Notes: generated by a model not told the origin, from the letters alone. Positions 21,470 to 31,666 are shown, numbered from the whole stretch's first letter. The stretch: DNA of 63,725 nucleotides, filler included, from Gemmatimonadota bacterium (GCA_003697105.1; 3 parts of 3 records of this genome joined end to end with filler, not necessarily neighbours in it); one strand, 5' to 3'. Made by a program: numbers and translations.

Positions 21470-21606
21470 ACCGTGATCAGAAATCGCTTATATTAAGGGC
21501 AAAAGATCAGAATAGCGCGAAAAGACTTTTTTTCATACCGGCGTGAAACACTTTTATAGCAAACGTTTCATAGGTATTCTTCAGGGCTGCGGAAATCGGC
21601 ATGTGG

Positions 21607-21635
21607 TTGACATTTTTTGGAAAATATGTTATATT
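21607..21635 (+). promoter_or_regulatory. Sigma70-type promoter
   Basis: TTGACA-N17-TATATT with TG extension. Confidence 0.6.
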
Positions 21636-21805
21636 CGCAATGTGTTTGCCAGATTTGCGGATATTTGAAAGATTGATCTGGTTAGCGAGCATCGAACTGT
21701 TTTAACAGTTTAAGTCGTTGATTTTGAAGGGTTTACAATGTTTTAGTGCCGGTATTGATTCCTCAAACGATTTAATTCATCATTTTCACTACGGTATGCC
21801 ATCAG

Positions 21806-21985
21806 ATGCTCTCGGAAAGTTTACTCGAAAAATGCGCTTGTCCCAAATGTCATGAGTCTTTGCGCTATGATGTCGATCCGGCGGATGAGACGAGCGGCAC
21901 GTTGACGTGCCCGGATTGTCGTTTGAAATATACAGTTGTCGATGATATTCCAAACCTGTTGGTAGAAGAGGCGGAATCGTTTTGA
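21806..21985 (+). CDS. Trm112/YcaR-like small zinc-binding protein (missing from ORF track, 59 aa)
   Basis: Manual translation: MLSESLLEKCACPKCHESL...LTCPDCRLKYTVVDDIPNLLVEEAESF. Confidence 0.85.
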   Translation: MLSESLLEKCACPKCHESLRYDVDPADETSGTLTCPDCRLKYTVVDDIPNLLVEEAESF

Positions 21986-22007
21986 GGGCACGGAAAGGAG
22001 TTTGATC

Positions 22008-22370
22008 GTGTTTGAATTTGAACAAGAACCCGTCTGGTATCAGGCGTTAGAACTGGCAGATCATTTGACCTTGTTGGCAAATTCAGTCTCCAAACAAGAC
22101 CAAGCGGCGCTCGGGGAGCCTATCCGGCGGTTTGGCATTGCTTTGGCTACAGATATTGCCGCAGCCTGTGGGGTAAGCGACCCCCCGCGCGAGAGCAAGT
22201 ATTATTACCAGATTGCCGAGGCGAATGTTTATAAGCTGGCAACGTTGATCAAAATTATGCTTCGCCGTGAATATCTGACGCTGGAACAATATCACAATGT
22301 AAGCCAGCAATTGGAGGATATTGCCGCCGCGCTGGTGCGGTTGTATGACCGCAATCGCCTTGAAAATTAG
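22008..22370 (+). CDS. Four-helix-bundle protein (23S rRNA IVP-like family), divergent
   Basis: FEQEPVWYQALEL...IRR....ATDIA pattern; AAGGAG RBS before GTG. Confidence 0.75.
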   Translation: MFEFEQEPVWYQALELADHLTLLANSVSKQDQAALGEPIRRFGIALATDIAAACGVSDPPRESKYYYQIAEANVYKLATLIKIMLRREYLTLEQYHNVSQQLEDIAAALVRLYDRNRLEN

Positions 22371-22434
22371 CTTCTCCTGCAGGTGTTGGAATTCATTTAT
22401 GTCTTCTAAACACACAAAGGGTGGAGCTTGATTA

Positions 22435-25400
22435 ATGAAGGGCACTAACATCTTTTTCTGGGCGATTCTTCTAAGCGCGCTGAGCCATGCGGTAAGTTTT
22501 GCGGAAATCCGCATCATTGAGGCGAACTCAAACCGTCTTTTAATCGACTACCGTCCTGAAACGGTAACGTTTCAGGAGCAATTTATCGAAGGAACGCGTT
22601 ATCACGTTCCTTTTTTTACAGAAGGCGAACTTTCTGCTGTTTATGGCGAACCGCAACTACCGGCACAGCGGATCAATGTCGCCATCCCCCCGAACAGCGA
22701 TGTCACGGTACAGATCGTTGACATCCAAACCCACCAACGTACCGGTATTCGCATCCCCCCGGCCGGTGCAAACCCCATTGAACCCAATCCGGCAATTTAC
22801 CAAACGGATCATCTCTTTCCGGCACAATGGCTTACTTCGGCTGTTTCCGTGTTCCGGCAACAACACTTTGCCAAAATTCTGCTGTTCCCCGTGCGTTACC
22901 ATCCGATGACCGAACGGGCGGTACTGCTAGACCGGATGACGTTTGAAATCCGTTTTCAAGGAGCAGATCGGATGGAAAGCCATGTTACCAAATCCGATCC
23001 GGCATACGAAGCGGTATATCGCTCGATGTTCCTCAATTATGAGCAAGGTAAAGCGTGGCGAACCCTCCCCCCAACCCCCTTACGGCAGAATGACGACCCG
23101 TTTAGCGAAGGGGTAGAATGGTTCAAAATTCATATCACAAAGACGGGTATGATCAAATTGACCTATGATCTGCTGGATGCGGCGGGTGTGCCGGTAAATA
23201 GCCTTGTGCCTCAAACGTTACGTATTTATTACGGCGGAGGGCGTGTCTTACCGGAGGATTTGCTGGCGACACCCCCAGAATTTCAACAAATACCGGTTCG
23301 TGTGATTGGCGATGCAGATAATTCCTTCGACCCGGGCGATGCGCTCATCTTCTGGGGAGAAGCCGTTGATGGCTTTGCAGTCAACCCCCAACGAGAATTA
23401 GAGCATTATGATCATCGCTATGCCAATGAAAATGCGTACTGGTTGACCTACGGTGTGACCGACCAACGCTTGCAAATGGATGAACGGTTGACCACGGAAC
23501 CGGTACAATTCACAGACATCACGGCTACACCGATGGTACGTCATTGGGAAGAAAACGCTGAGTTTTTGCCCCAGCTTTGGGGACGAGAGCACCTCTGGTG
23601 GGCGTGGCATTATATTCCGCAACGTCTCCGTGGTGGTGAGGGTGTCCCGGATACCTCGTATTTTACCCTCGATATTAATCACCCAGACCCGGCACAGGTA
23701 GCAACTTTGAATCTAAAAATGTATGGTATGCGGGATCGGAAAGTCTCCACCAGTGTGACCCATCATATTTTTGTCTATCTGAATGATGCTCTACTCGGCG
23801 AGCGTGAATGGGTGACAACCGGATCGGGATATTCCGGTGTATTAAGCACCATGCCAAATCCTGAGTTCCCAATCCCGGCAGGTGTGCTGCGGGATGGCGC
23901 TAACCAGTTGCGGATCGTTCATCCCCATGATATTGTGCCTCAGTCCAACCCGGATAACCAGTATATCGATTATTTTCAACTCTATTATAACCAGCAATTG
24001 CGTGCCCGTGATAATCAGTTGCACTTTTGGAGTCCTGCGGATGTAACCGGTGCGGTACGCTATCGCCTATCTGGATGGGATACTGACGAGGTAGATATTT
24101 ATGAGATTCGTTCTGCTTTTGAGGTGGTTAAGGTTCTTCCGAACGTGAACAGTGGTGGCATCATTGAATTTTACGCCGACAATGATCAGCCGTACGATAA
24201 GCAATATTTATTGCTCACCCCAGATCAATATCACATACCGACAATTGAAGCGGTAGAACGGGTTAGTCTCGCCAATTTACGGCAGGAGCCAACCGGAGCC
24301 GGAGAAACAAGTTATCTAATCATCAGCTACCCGGATTTTGTAGGTAACGTACAGCCGTTGGTGGAGAACTGTTTGGCTGATAAATACAGTGTGGTACTCG
24401 CTACACTGGATGATGTTTACAATGAGTTCAGTTGGGGCTTGCCGGATGTAACGGCGATTCGAAATTTCGTCCGCTACGCTTACGATCACTGGGAAAACCG
24501 CCCACCAGAATACGTGCTGTTGGTCGGCGATGGTGACTATGATTTTCGAGGTTTTACCGGACAGGATCAGGCAGAAATGCCGCCGTATTATGAAAATGAC
24601 GAATTTGATTTAGAAGATATTGTACCTGTTGATGATTGGTTTGTTTCCGTCAGTGGGGATGACCCCGATCTGGCGATTGGACGAATTCCGGCGAGTAGCC
24701 GGGGTGAAGTGGATATTATCGTAGATAAGATTGTGCAGTATCGTCGGAATCCCGAGTATGGGCTGTGGCGAAATACGATAATCATGGCGGCAGATGATGA
24801 GTCTGAAAAAGAGGAAGAAGACCCCATTGGGTTGCGTCACGTGCAGGATACCGAAAAAATGGTGGCGAACCCATCAGATCAAATTCGGGTCGTACCCTAC
24901 CTGCTGGATAAACAAAAAATTTATATGACGGAATACAATCTGGCGCCCGGTGGCACTAAACCGGATGCCAGTGCCGCCCTAATCGAGGCCTGGAACGCCG
25001 GAGGCTTGGTGGTCAACTGGATTGGACACGGCAACTATGAAGTGTGGGCGCACGAACGACTCTTTCACGGGTCTGATGTGACAAAATTGCGAAATGGGTA
25101 TCGTCTGCCGGTGATGTCTTCATTTTCCTGCGATGTGGGACGTTTTGATGGTCAAGATTGTATGGCGGAAAAGCTCCTTCGTGCCAGTCAGGGTGGTGCC
25201 GTTGGGTGTGTTGCCAGTGCTCGTTTAGCCACTTCAAATGCCAATTACCAACTCAATAAAAATTTCTATGCCGCGTTGTTTAGTGAGGTTCGCGAGGTGG
25301 GTAAAGCGCTGTTGACCGGTAAAGAAAATACCGGAGGAAATGACCGTAACAAAAAACGATACATGTATTTTGGTGATCCTTCCATGCCTTTGGGGATGGT

Positions 25401-26436
25401 ACGCTCCTTTATTTCTTTACATGATTTAGCAGGTCGCACATTTGCCAAAGGGGATACTGTCGTACTGCGGGGTACGATCAATGACTTTTCCAATTTTGAC
25501 GGCACGGTGTCGATTCTCGTCCGTGATACCGCAATTGAAAAAGAATACGCCAATATCCACAATCAGAGCCGTACGGTCACATACACCCTGCCGGGTCAAC
25601 GGATTTATCAGGGGGATGTAGAGGTCATCAATGGGGAATTTGAAGCGCCATTTATTGTGCCCATGAATGCGCGTTCTGGAGAGTTGGGGCGAATCACGGT
25701 TTATGCTTGGGATGAGGTCAACCGGTTAGAAGCTGCGGGGTATGCCGATTCCGTGCATTTTGCCGGATTTAACCCGCATACCCCGGCGGATACCACAGGT
25801 CCGGATGTCGTGCTGTATTATCAAGGTCGCCCGTTGGGACCAGGTGAAGCGCTACCCGCCGGTGCCACTTTAGCTGCGGTGCTCTCAGATATACACGGTA
25901 TCAACATGACCGGAGAAGAGGGACGGCAGATTGCCTTGCGTTTTGATGACCAAGGTTGGATCGATGTATCATCTGACTTTCGTTACGATCTCAATAGCTT
26001 CCAGCAGGGTACGGTCTCATTTACCCTTGACCCCACGCTGGAAGAAGGGCGGCACCAACTGATGTTTCGCGTCTCAGATAATTTTGGTAATGTCACCGAA
26101 ACTCATTTTGATATTCGGGTGAGCGCGGATGTGGCGTTGGATGTGAGCCATGTTTACAACTATCCCAACCCGTTTGAAGATGAGACACAGTTTGTCGGTT
26201 TGCTCCACAGCAATGAGGTCTTAAATACCGAAATTCTTATCCAAATTTTTACGGTTGCCGGGCGTAAGATTCGGGAAATCCATACGACGTACCGTGCGGA
26301 TGAATTCCCCACGTGGGATGGCCGGGATGATGATGGAGATGAAGTTGCCAACGGTACATACATCTATAAATTTATCGTCACCACAAGTGGCGGTGAACAA
26401 GTGGAAAAAATCGGCAAAGCCGTCGTGCTACGGTGA
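22435..26436 (+). CDS. PorU-like C25 (gingipain-clan) cysteine protease/sortase with propeptide and C-terminal FlgD-Ig/CTD
   Basis: VYNEFSWG.PD..AIRNF, LLVGDG.YD, AIGRIP; catalytic NWIGHG and SCDVGRFD; C-terminal YNYPNPF...WDGRDDDGDEVANGTYIY. Confidence 0.88.
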   Translation: MKGTNIFFWAILLSALSHAVSFAEIRIIEANSNRLLIDYRPETVTFQEQFIEGTRYHVPFFTEGELSAVYGEPQLPAQRINVAIPPNSDVTVQIVDIQTHQRTGIRIPPAGANPIEPNPAIYQTDHLFPAQWLTSAVSVFRQQHFAKILLFPVRYHPMTERAVLLDRMTFEIRFQGADRMESHVTKSDPAYEAVYRSMFLNYEQGKAWRTLPPTPLRQNDDPFSEGVEWFKIHITKTGMIKLTYDLLDAAGVPVNSLVPQTLRIYYGGGRVLPEDLLATPPEFQQIPVRVIGDADNSFDPGDALIFWGEAVDGFAVNPQRELEHYDHRYANENAYWLTYGVTDQRLQMDERLTTEPVQFTDITATPMVRHWEENAEFLPQLWGREHLWWAWHYIPQRLRGGEGVPDTSYFTLDINHPDPAQVATLNLKMYGMRDRKVSTSVTHHIFVYLNDALLGEREWVTTGSGYSGVLSTMPNPEFPIPAGVLRDGANQLRIVHPHDIVPQSNPDNQYIDYFQLYYNQQLRARDNQLHFWSPADVTGAVRYRLSGWDTDEVDIYEIRSAFEVVKVLPNVNSGGIIEFYADNDQPYDKQYLLLTPDQYHIPTIEAVERVSLANLRQEPTGAGETSYLIISYPDFVGNVQPLVENCLADKYSVVLATLDDVYNEFSWGLPDVTAIRNFVRYAYDHWENRPPEYVLLVGDGDYDFRGFTGQDQAEMPPYYENDEFDLEDIVPVDDWFVSVSGDDPDLAIGRIPASSRGEVDIIVDKIVQYRRNPEYGLWRNTIIMAADDESEKEEEDPIGLRHVQDTEKMVANPSDQIRVVPYLLDKQKIYMTEYNLAPGGTKPDASAALIEAWNAGGLVVNWIGHGNYEVWAHERLFHGSDVTKLRNGYRLPVMSSFSCDVGRFDGQDCMAEKLLRASQGGAVGCVASARLATSNANYQLNKNFYAALFSEVREVGKALLTGKENTGGNDRNKKRYMYFGDPSMPLGMVRSFISLHDLAGRTFAKGDTVVLRGTINDFSNFDGTVSILVRDTAIEKEYANIHNQSRTVTYTLPGQRIYQGDVEVINGEFEAPFIVPMNARSGELGRITVYAWDEVNRLEAAGYADSVHFAGFNPHTPADTTGPDVVLYYQGRPLGPGEALPAGATLAAVLSDIHGINMTGEEGRQIALRFDDQGWIDVSSDFRYDLNSFQQGTVSFTLDPTLEEGRHQLMFRVSDNFGNVTETHFDIRVSADVALDVSHVYNYPNPFEDETQFVGLLHSNEVLNTEILIQIFTVAGRKIREIHTTYRADEFPTWDGRDDDGDEVANGTYIYKFIVTTSGGEQVEKIGKAVVLR

Positions 26437-26442
26437 AAAGAC

Positions 26443-26525
26443 GAAGGATGAAGGCGGAAGGATGAAGGCGGAAGGATGAAGGCGGAAGGATGAAGGCGGA
26501 AGGATGAAGGCGGAAGGATGAAGGA
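26443..26525 (+). repeat. Tandem repeat (GAAGGAT-GAAGGCG) x5 plus a partial copy, running into the contig end
   Basis: Read directly from the sequence. Confidence 0.95.
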
Positions 26526-26625
26526 NNNNNNNNNNNNNNNNNNNNNNNNNNNNNNNNNNNNNNNNNNNNTTAATTAATTAANNNNNNNNNNNNNNNNNNN
26601 NNNNNNNNNNNNNNNNNNNNNNNNN
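26526..26625. other. Assembly spacer (Ns with TTAATTAATTAA six-frame stop linker)
   Basis: N44-TTAATTAATTAA-N44. Confidence 0.98.
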
Positions 26626-26835
26626 GGCTTAACGATTGAACCGGTTGCGTTCATTGTGGTGAGTCATGGCAAACCCACCCTGTTACCCCTCGCACAAACA
26701 GAAGCCACGTTAAGTAAAGTCATCGACCTTGTGCCGGATGTGTTGGGTAAATTAGCCAATCTGGGAGGTAAAACCACAGATCAATCCGAACCGGCGGTTG
26801 ATACCGATTTTGATGAAGATACCATTGGTGCGTAA
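26626..26835 (+). CDS. 3' part of a YtfJ/GerW family protein (5' end lost in gap; not in ORF track)
   Basis: Manual translation: GLTIEPVAFIVVSHG...LSKVIDLVPDVLGK. Confidence 0.7.
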   Translation, partial: GLTIEPVAFIVVSHGKPTLLPLAQTEATLSKVIDLVPDVLGKLANLGGKTTDQSEPAVDTDFDEDTIGA

Positions 26836-26924
26836 TTTGTTTTTACCAGCCACTTTCCAGTTGATGTGTTTTAGATCGATTGAAAGTGGCTGTTTTACAT
26901 TCATTTCGATACCACTTTGAACGT

Positions 26925-27341
26925 ATGAGAACACTTGGGATTGATTACGGGGAAACGCGCATCGGGATTGCCATTAGTGACCCGATGAAACTGTTCGCGC
27001 AGGGGTTGGATACGCTCACACCCACCGGAAAAAAAGACTTGTGGCGGTCATTTTTTGCCATTTTCGATGAGTATTCGGATATCGATCAGGTGGTGGTCGG
27101 CTTCCCCTACAATATGGATGGTACCACCGGCACGATGGGGGAAAAAGTAACGGAGTTTATCGATCAGTTTAAGCGCCGTTTTCCAAAAATTCCGGTTGTT
27201 TGCTGGGATGAGCGCCTCACAAGTCAAGCTGCCGAGCGAACCATGCGTGAGGCAAATCGTAAAACCAAAGGTCGCAAACACGAAATTGATAAACTGGCGG
27301 CTATCTTTATCCTGCAAAGTTATTTAGATGCCCAACGTTGA
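26925..27341 (+). CDS. ruvX: Holliday junction resolvase-like / pre-16S rRNA nuclease YqgF
   Basis: LGIDYGETRIGIAISD, VVGFP, WDERLTS, IDKLAAIFILQSYL. Confidence 0.95.
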   Translation: MRTLGIDYGETRIGIAISDPMKLFAQGLDTLTPTGKKDLWRSFFAIFDEYSDIDQVVVGFPYNMDGTTGTMGEKVTEFIDQFKRRFPKIPVVCWDERLTSQAAERTMREANRKTKGRKHEIDKLAAIFILQSYLDAQR

Positions 27342-27348
27342 GACCATT

Positions 27349-28254
27349 ATGAAGTTTTTTGTTACAGGCGGTAGCGGATTTTTAGGGCACCATTTGGTAC
27401 AAAAATTAGTCGAACAACGCCTACCGGTGGTGGGTAGTTTTTTTCAACATGCCATACCGGTGGACTCGCTGAAGCAAGTGCGGGTGGATGTCACCGATCC
27501 AAAAGCAGTGTCCGCGGCAATCCACGCTGCGGAACCCGATGTGATTGTCCATTGTGCCGCACTCGCACAGCCGGATTTCTGCGAGAAACACCCGGAGCGA
27601 GCTCGTGCCGTTAATCTGGAAGGGACTCGCCATGTACTGGCCGCCGCCAAAGCCGCCCAATTGCGGTTTGTCTATTTATCATCTGATCTAGTCTTTGATG
27701 GTGAAAAAGGGTACTACACAGAAGATGACCCGCTACCTCCGCCGCAAAACGTCTATGTGGAAACTAAGCAGCGTGCCGAACGCTTAACCTTAGCATACGA
27801 AAACGGTTTGGTGATTCGTCCCGCACTCATGTACGGCTTTGACGGTGTAAGACCCGGACGAAATTTTTTTGAGATCATGTTTCAGCGTTTTCAACGCGGC
27901 GAAGCGGTAAAGTTGTTTGTAGATCAATACCGTACCCCCTCTCAAGTACGAAATTTGGCGGACGTGATTATCGAACTCGCCCAAACCCGCGAGACCGGCA
28001 TATTGCATGCGGGTGGCGCCGAACGCATCTCACGTTACGAGATGGGCATCCGAACATGCAAAATCTTTGGGTTTGACACGGCATTGGCAGTCCCCACCCG
28101 TATGGCGGATATTCAACTGGCGGCAAGTCGACCCCGGGACTGCTCTTTGGATACAACTCGGGTACAACAGATTTTACGACAAACCCATTTGATGACGGTC
28201 ACCCGCGGACTCCAAGATTTGAAATCAATATTTCCTTATTCTGTGGCGTCTTAA
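27349..28254 (+). CDS. Extended SDR, dTDP-4-dehydrorhamnose reductase (RmlD)-like
   Basis: TGGSGFLG, SSDLVFDG, YxxxK (YVETK), DQYRTP, RPRDCSLD. Confidence 0.88.
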   Translation: MKFFVTGGSGFLGHHLVQKLVEQRLPVVGSFFQHAIPVDSLKQVRVDVTDPKAVSAAIHAAEPDVIVHCAALAQPDFCEKHPERARAVNLEGTRHVLAAAKAAQLRFVYLSSDLVFDGEKGYYTEDDPLPPPQNVYVETKQRAERLTLAYENGLVIRPALMYGFDGVRPGRNFFEIMFQRFQRGEAVKLFVDQYRTPSQVRNLADVIIELAQTRETGILHAGGAERISRYEMGIRTCKIFGFDTALAVPTRMADIQLAASRPRDCSLDTTRVQQILRQTHLMTVTRGLQDLKSIFPYSVAS

Positions 28255-28267
28255 CCTTGATCTTTCG

Positions 28268-29113
28268 ATGAATAATTTAGCTGCCCGTGTTATCAGTGGG
28301 GTCATATTTGTTCCATTCTTTATTTGGCTTATTCGAACGGGGGAATATTTATTTCTCGGCTTTGTTATCGCGCTGGTTGGTGTCGGGTTGGTTGAATTTT
28401 ATGGATTTACGGAAGCTAAAGGTGCTAAACCGAACCGCATTTTAGGACTTTTCTGTGCCACGATGCTCTGTTTGGGGGCATTTTTCCGTATCGATGATAT
28501 TTTCTCATTGATTCTGACCGCATTTATATTTATAATTCCGGCGGAAAAAGTTTTCCGTCAAGAATCCAACAATGCTCTTTTTGATATTGGAGCCACCTTA
28601 ACAGGTGTCTTATTTGTGGGTTGGCTCGGGTCGTATTTAATCCGGCTGCGGGAGTTCACCCCGGCGATAGGTTATAGTTATCAAGTCGGTGCGGACGCGG
28701 TCTTGTTATGTGTTCTGGTAACATGGGCATGTGACACATTCGCATATTTTACCGGTAAATATATGGGACGCCACCCGCTCAATAAAATTAGCCCTAAAAA
28801 AACATGGGAAGGCGCCATCGGTGGTTTGGTTTTTGCCGTTTTAGCGGCATTAGCCACTCAATTTTGGGGGTTTTCCAGCTTAAATGCGCATTTGACATGG
28901 TGGAACTTGGTTATCATTGGGCTTATTGGCGGGATATTTGGCCCGGTTGGCGATCTGACCGAATCCATATTTAAACGCGATGCTAATATTAAAGAATCGG
29001 CGACATTTATTCCCGGTCATGGGGGAGTTTTAGACCGGTTTGACAGCATGCTTTTTACTACGCCGTTCATTTTTTATTACTTAAAGTTTTTTGTGTTTCC
29101 TTTCGTTGACTAA
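28268..29113 (+). CDS. cdsA: Phosphatidate cytidylyltransferase
   Basis: DTFAYF.G, ISPKKTWEG, GDL.ES.FKR...IK, PGHGGVLDRFDS. Confidence 0.96.
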   Translation: MNNLAARVISGVIFVPFFIWLIRTGEYLFLGFVIALVGVGLVEFYGFTEAKGAKPNRILGLFCATMLCLGAFFRIDDIFSLILTAFIFIIPAEKVFRQESNNALFDIGATLTGVLFVGWLGSYLIRLREFTPAIGYSYQVGADAVLLCVLVTWACDTFAYFTGKYMGRHPLNKISPKKTWEGAIGGLVFAVLAALATQFWGFSSLNAHLTWWNLVIIGLIGGIFGPVGDLTESIFKRDANIKESATFIPGHGGVLDRFDSMLFTTPFIFYYLKFFVFPFVD

Positions 29114-29127
29114 AGGAGGAGCAACCG

Positions 29128-29430
29128 GTGTTTCCGACAGACGAAATCAAAGCGAAAGTTGCCCAACTACCTGAAGACGAGCGTAAAAAGCACGAAGAGG
29201 TGTTAATGCACGCTGATATTATTGCCGCAGACCTATATATTTATAACCAAGAGTTGATGGATAAGGCAGTAGCAGAGCACAAAGTAGTGGCAATGGCCGG
29301 TCATTTGATCAAACGGGCAAATCAGTTATTTAAAACCAAAATCCCAGAAGGGATGGACCCGAAAATTGCCGTCGGTTACTTCAAAGAAGCACTTAACGTT
29401 CATATTGGCAAGGGTCAAAAAATTTTCTAA
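29128..29430 (+). CDS. Hypothetical alpha-helical protein
   Basis: 100-aa ORF with AAGGAG RBS inside the cdsA-tpiA operon. Confidence 0.7.
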   Translation: MFPTDEIKAKVAQLPEDERKKHEEVLMHADIIAADLYIYNQELMDKAVAEHKVVAMAGHLIKRANQLFKTKIPEGMDPKIAVGYFKEALNVHIGKGQKIF

Positions 29431-29451
29431 CCCTGAAACACAGGTGGTAAA

Positions 29452-30210
29452 ATGTCTCAACAACGGACGCCAATTATTGCCGGCAATTGGAAGATGAATA
29501 AGACCGCCTCCGAAGCGGCAGAACTGGCAAAGACGCTGGTTCAACTAGACCGGAAACCAAATCGGGAAATTTTACTATGCCCGGCGTTTACTGCTTTACC
29601 GGCGGTTTATGCCCACATAAAGGATACTGAGATTCAATTGGGTGCGCAAAATTTGCATTGGGAAAAACGCGGCGCCTATACCGGGGAAATTTCGGCAGAA
29701 ATGCTGATCGATTGCGGCTGTACCTATGTCATCATTGGTCATTCCGAACGACGGCAGTATTTTGGCGAAACAAATGAAACCGTCAATAAACGGATAAATG
29801 CCGCATTAAACGCCGGTTTGAAGCCGATTGTCTGCGTCGGTGAATCCTTAACTGAACGAGAATCTGGTCAAACCGAACAGGTTGTGGCGGATCATATTCG
29901 GGGGGGGCTGGCAGGATTGTCTGAAGCCCAACTTGCTCACGTGGTCATTGCCTACGAACCTGTTTGGGCAATTGGTACCGGCAAAACGGCTACCCCTGAT
30001 CAGGCGAATGCAGTTCACGCCTATATTCGTCAGATACTTACAGACATGTACAATTCAGCGGTCGCCCAGACCATCCGTATCCAGTACGGTGGAAGCGTGA
30101 AACCCACGAATGTGAATGAACTGATGGCACAACCCGATATTGATGGCGCGCTGGTGGGCGGTGCCAGCCTTGAAGCGGAATCATTTATCAACATCATCAA
30201 TTTTGAATAG
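29452..30210 (+). CDS. tpiA: Triosephosphate isomerase
   Basis: AGNWKMN, GHSERR, AYEPVWAIGTG, YGGSV, LVGGASL. Confidence 0.98.
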   Translation: MSQQRTPIIAGNWKMNKTASEAAELAKTLVQLDRKPNREILLCPAFTALPAVYAHIKDTEIQLGAQNLHWEKRGAYTGEISAEMLIDCGCTYVIIGHSERRQYFGETNETVNKRINAALNAGLKPIVCVGESLTERESGQTEQVVADHIRGGLAGLSEAQLAHVVIAYEPVWAIGTGKTATPDQANAVHAYIRQILTDMYNSAVAQTIRIQYGGSVKPTNVNELMAQPDIDGALVGGASLEAESFINIINFE

Positions 30211-30226
30211 GAGGACAGTTTTAGGA

Positions 30227-30682
30227 ATGACCTTATTAATTATTCTTCACGTATTGATCTCTTTAGCCCTTATTTTGGTGATCTTGCTTCAATCCGGGAA
30301 AGGTGGCGGGCTGGCAGGGACATTTGGCGGCGGCGAAAGCGCAACGGTGTTTGGCAGCCGCGGAGCTACCACCGCTCTTACTAAAGCCACCACCGGTCTT
30401 GCGATTGCGTTTATGCTGGTGGCGATGATTATCACCTGGGTTTCGGGTCTCAACAGCGAGAGCAAAAGTGTATTAAAAGAGCGGTTGCAAAGTCAGGGCG
30501 TGACCGGTACTCAGGCACCACAGCCCTTCCAACCCGTGAGCCAACCCCAACCCACCCCCGCTCAAACACCGGCGGCTCAACCGGATGTACCTTCCACTCC
30601 CGATGCTCAAGCCACACCGGCTCCGGCAGAACAACCTGCTGAAACAGAGGCATCTGGTGAGGGGAATAACACGGGAAATTAG
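30227..30682 (+). CDS. secG: Preprotein translocase subunit SecG with Pro/Gln/Ala-rich tail
   Basis: ILLQSGKGGGLAGTFGG; follows tpiA, a conserved synteny. Confidence 0.93.
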   Translation: MTLLIILHVLISLALILVILLQSGKGGGLAGTFGGGESATVFGSRGATTALTKATTGLAIAFMLVAMIITWVSGLNSESKSVLKERLQSQGVTGTQAPQPFQPVSQPQPTPAQTPAAQPDVPSTPDAQATPAPAEQPAETEASGEGNNTGN

Positions 30683-30703
30683 TACATACCCTCCATGCTT
30701 ATG

Positions 30704-30740
30704 AAAAAGCCTTACGACCTTCAATCGTGAGGCTTTTTTT
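30704..30740 (+). terminator. Intrinsic terminator after secG
   Basis: AAAAAGCCTTACGA...TCGTGAGGCTTTTTTT. Confidence 0.85.
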
Positions 30741-30771
30741 GTACTATTTGGTATAGGTTTCTATTGGCACA

Positions 30772-31608
30772 ATGGCTAAATCGACATCACACTGGAAAAT
30801 CCAACTTCACGAAATCATTTTTGAAGCTGATACACCTGCCGGAAAAACGTTCGACATTGTATTGATCATCACCATTTTGCTGAGTGTGTTGGCGGTAATG
30901 CTGGAAAGCATCGCTGAAATTCGGCAAAGCTATGGTCGCCCGTTACGGGTTATGGAATGGGGTTTTACTCTGCTGTTCACTGTGGAATACGTGTTACGGT
31001 TACTATGCGTGGGGCGTCCGTGGAAATATGCCTTTAGTTTTTACGGGATAGTTGATTTTCTGGCGGTGATTCCCACCTATTTCAGTTTGATTGTACCCGG
31101 CACACATTACCTATTGACCATCCGTATCCTTCGTATTTTGCGAGTCTTTCGGGTTTTAAAACTGGTCTCTTATTTGGAGGAAGCCCATATTTTGACGAAG
31201 GCGCTCCGTTCCAGCCGGCGCAAAATTACCGTCTTCATTTATACGGTTCTAATTCTCGTCATATTAGTGGGATCAATCATGTACGTTATTGAAGGTGAAG
31301 CCCATGGTTTTACCAGCATTCCCCGTAGTATTTATTGGGCGATTGTCACCGTGACAACTGTCGGGTATGGAGATATTTCTCCCCAAACCAGTATGGGACA
31401 AATGTTGGCGGCGGTGTTGATGATTTTGGGATATGGTATTATCGCCGTGCCCACCGGTATTGTCACGGTTGAACTCGCCCACGCTTCTGGACCCCCGATT
31501 TCCACCCAAGCTTGCCAGCAGTGTAATTGGGATCGCCATGATGCCGATGCTCGATTTTGCAAGCGTTGTGGAACCCCCCTATACGATAATGAAAAAAACG
31601 AGTCCTAA
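30772..31608 (+). CDS. Voltage-gated potassium channel (ion transporter)
   Basis: S4 RILRILRVFRVLK; selectivity filter TVGYGD; C-terminal zinc ribbon. Confidence 0.95.
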   Translation: MAKSTSHWKIQLHEIIFEADTPAGKTFDIVLIITILLSVLAVMLESIAEIRQSYGRPLRVMEWGFTLLFTVEYVLRLLCVGRPWKYAFSFYGIVDFLAVIPTYFSLIVPGTHYLLTIRILRILRVFRVLKLVSYLEEAHILTKALRSSRRKITVFIYTVLILVILVGSIMYVIEGEAHGFTSIPRSIYWAIVTVTTVGYGDISPQTSMGQMLAAVLMILGYGIIAVPTGIVTVELAHASGPPISTQACQQCNWDRHDADARFCKRCGTPLYDNEKNES

Positions 31609-31666
31609 ACCGGACTCGCTTTTAACATAACCACACCTAATTTATATACTGGAAACTGCCGGCAGG

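Noticed and set aside
22008-22370. Four-helix-bundle protein as the Avd of a diversity-generating retroelement
   Set aside because: No reverse transcriptase and no TR/VR repeat pair seen in the window.
26570-26581. TTAATTAATTAA palindrome within N runs (also 50762-50773)
   Set aside because: Artificial six-frame-stop contig linker, not biological; synteny across it is not interpretable.
30683-30771. tRNA-Leu often found after secG
   Set aside because: No cloverleaf or T-loop motif; only a terminator hairpin.
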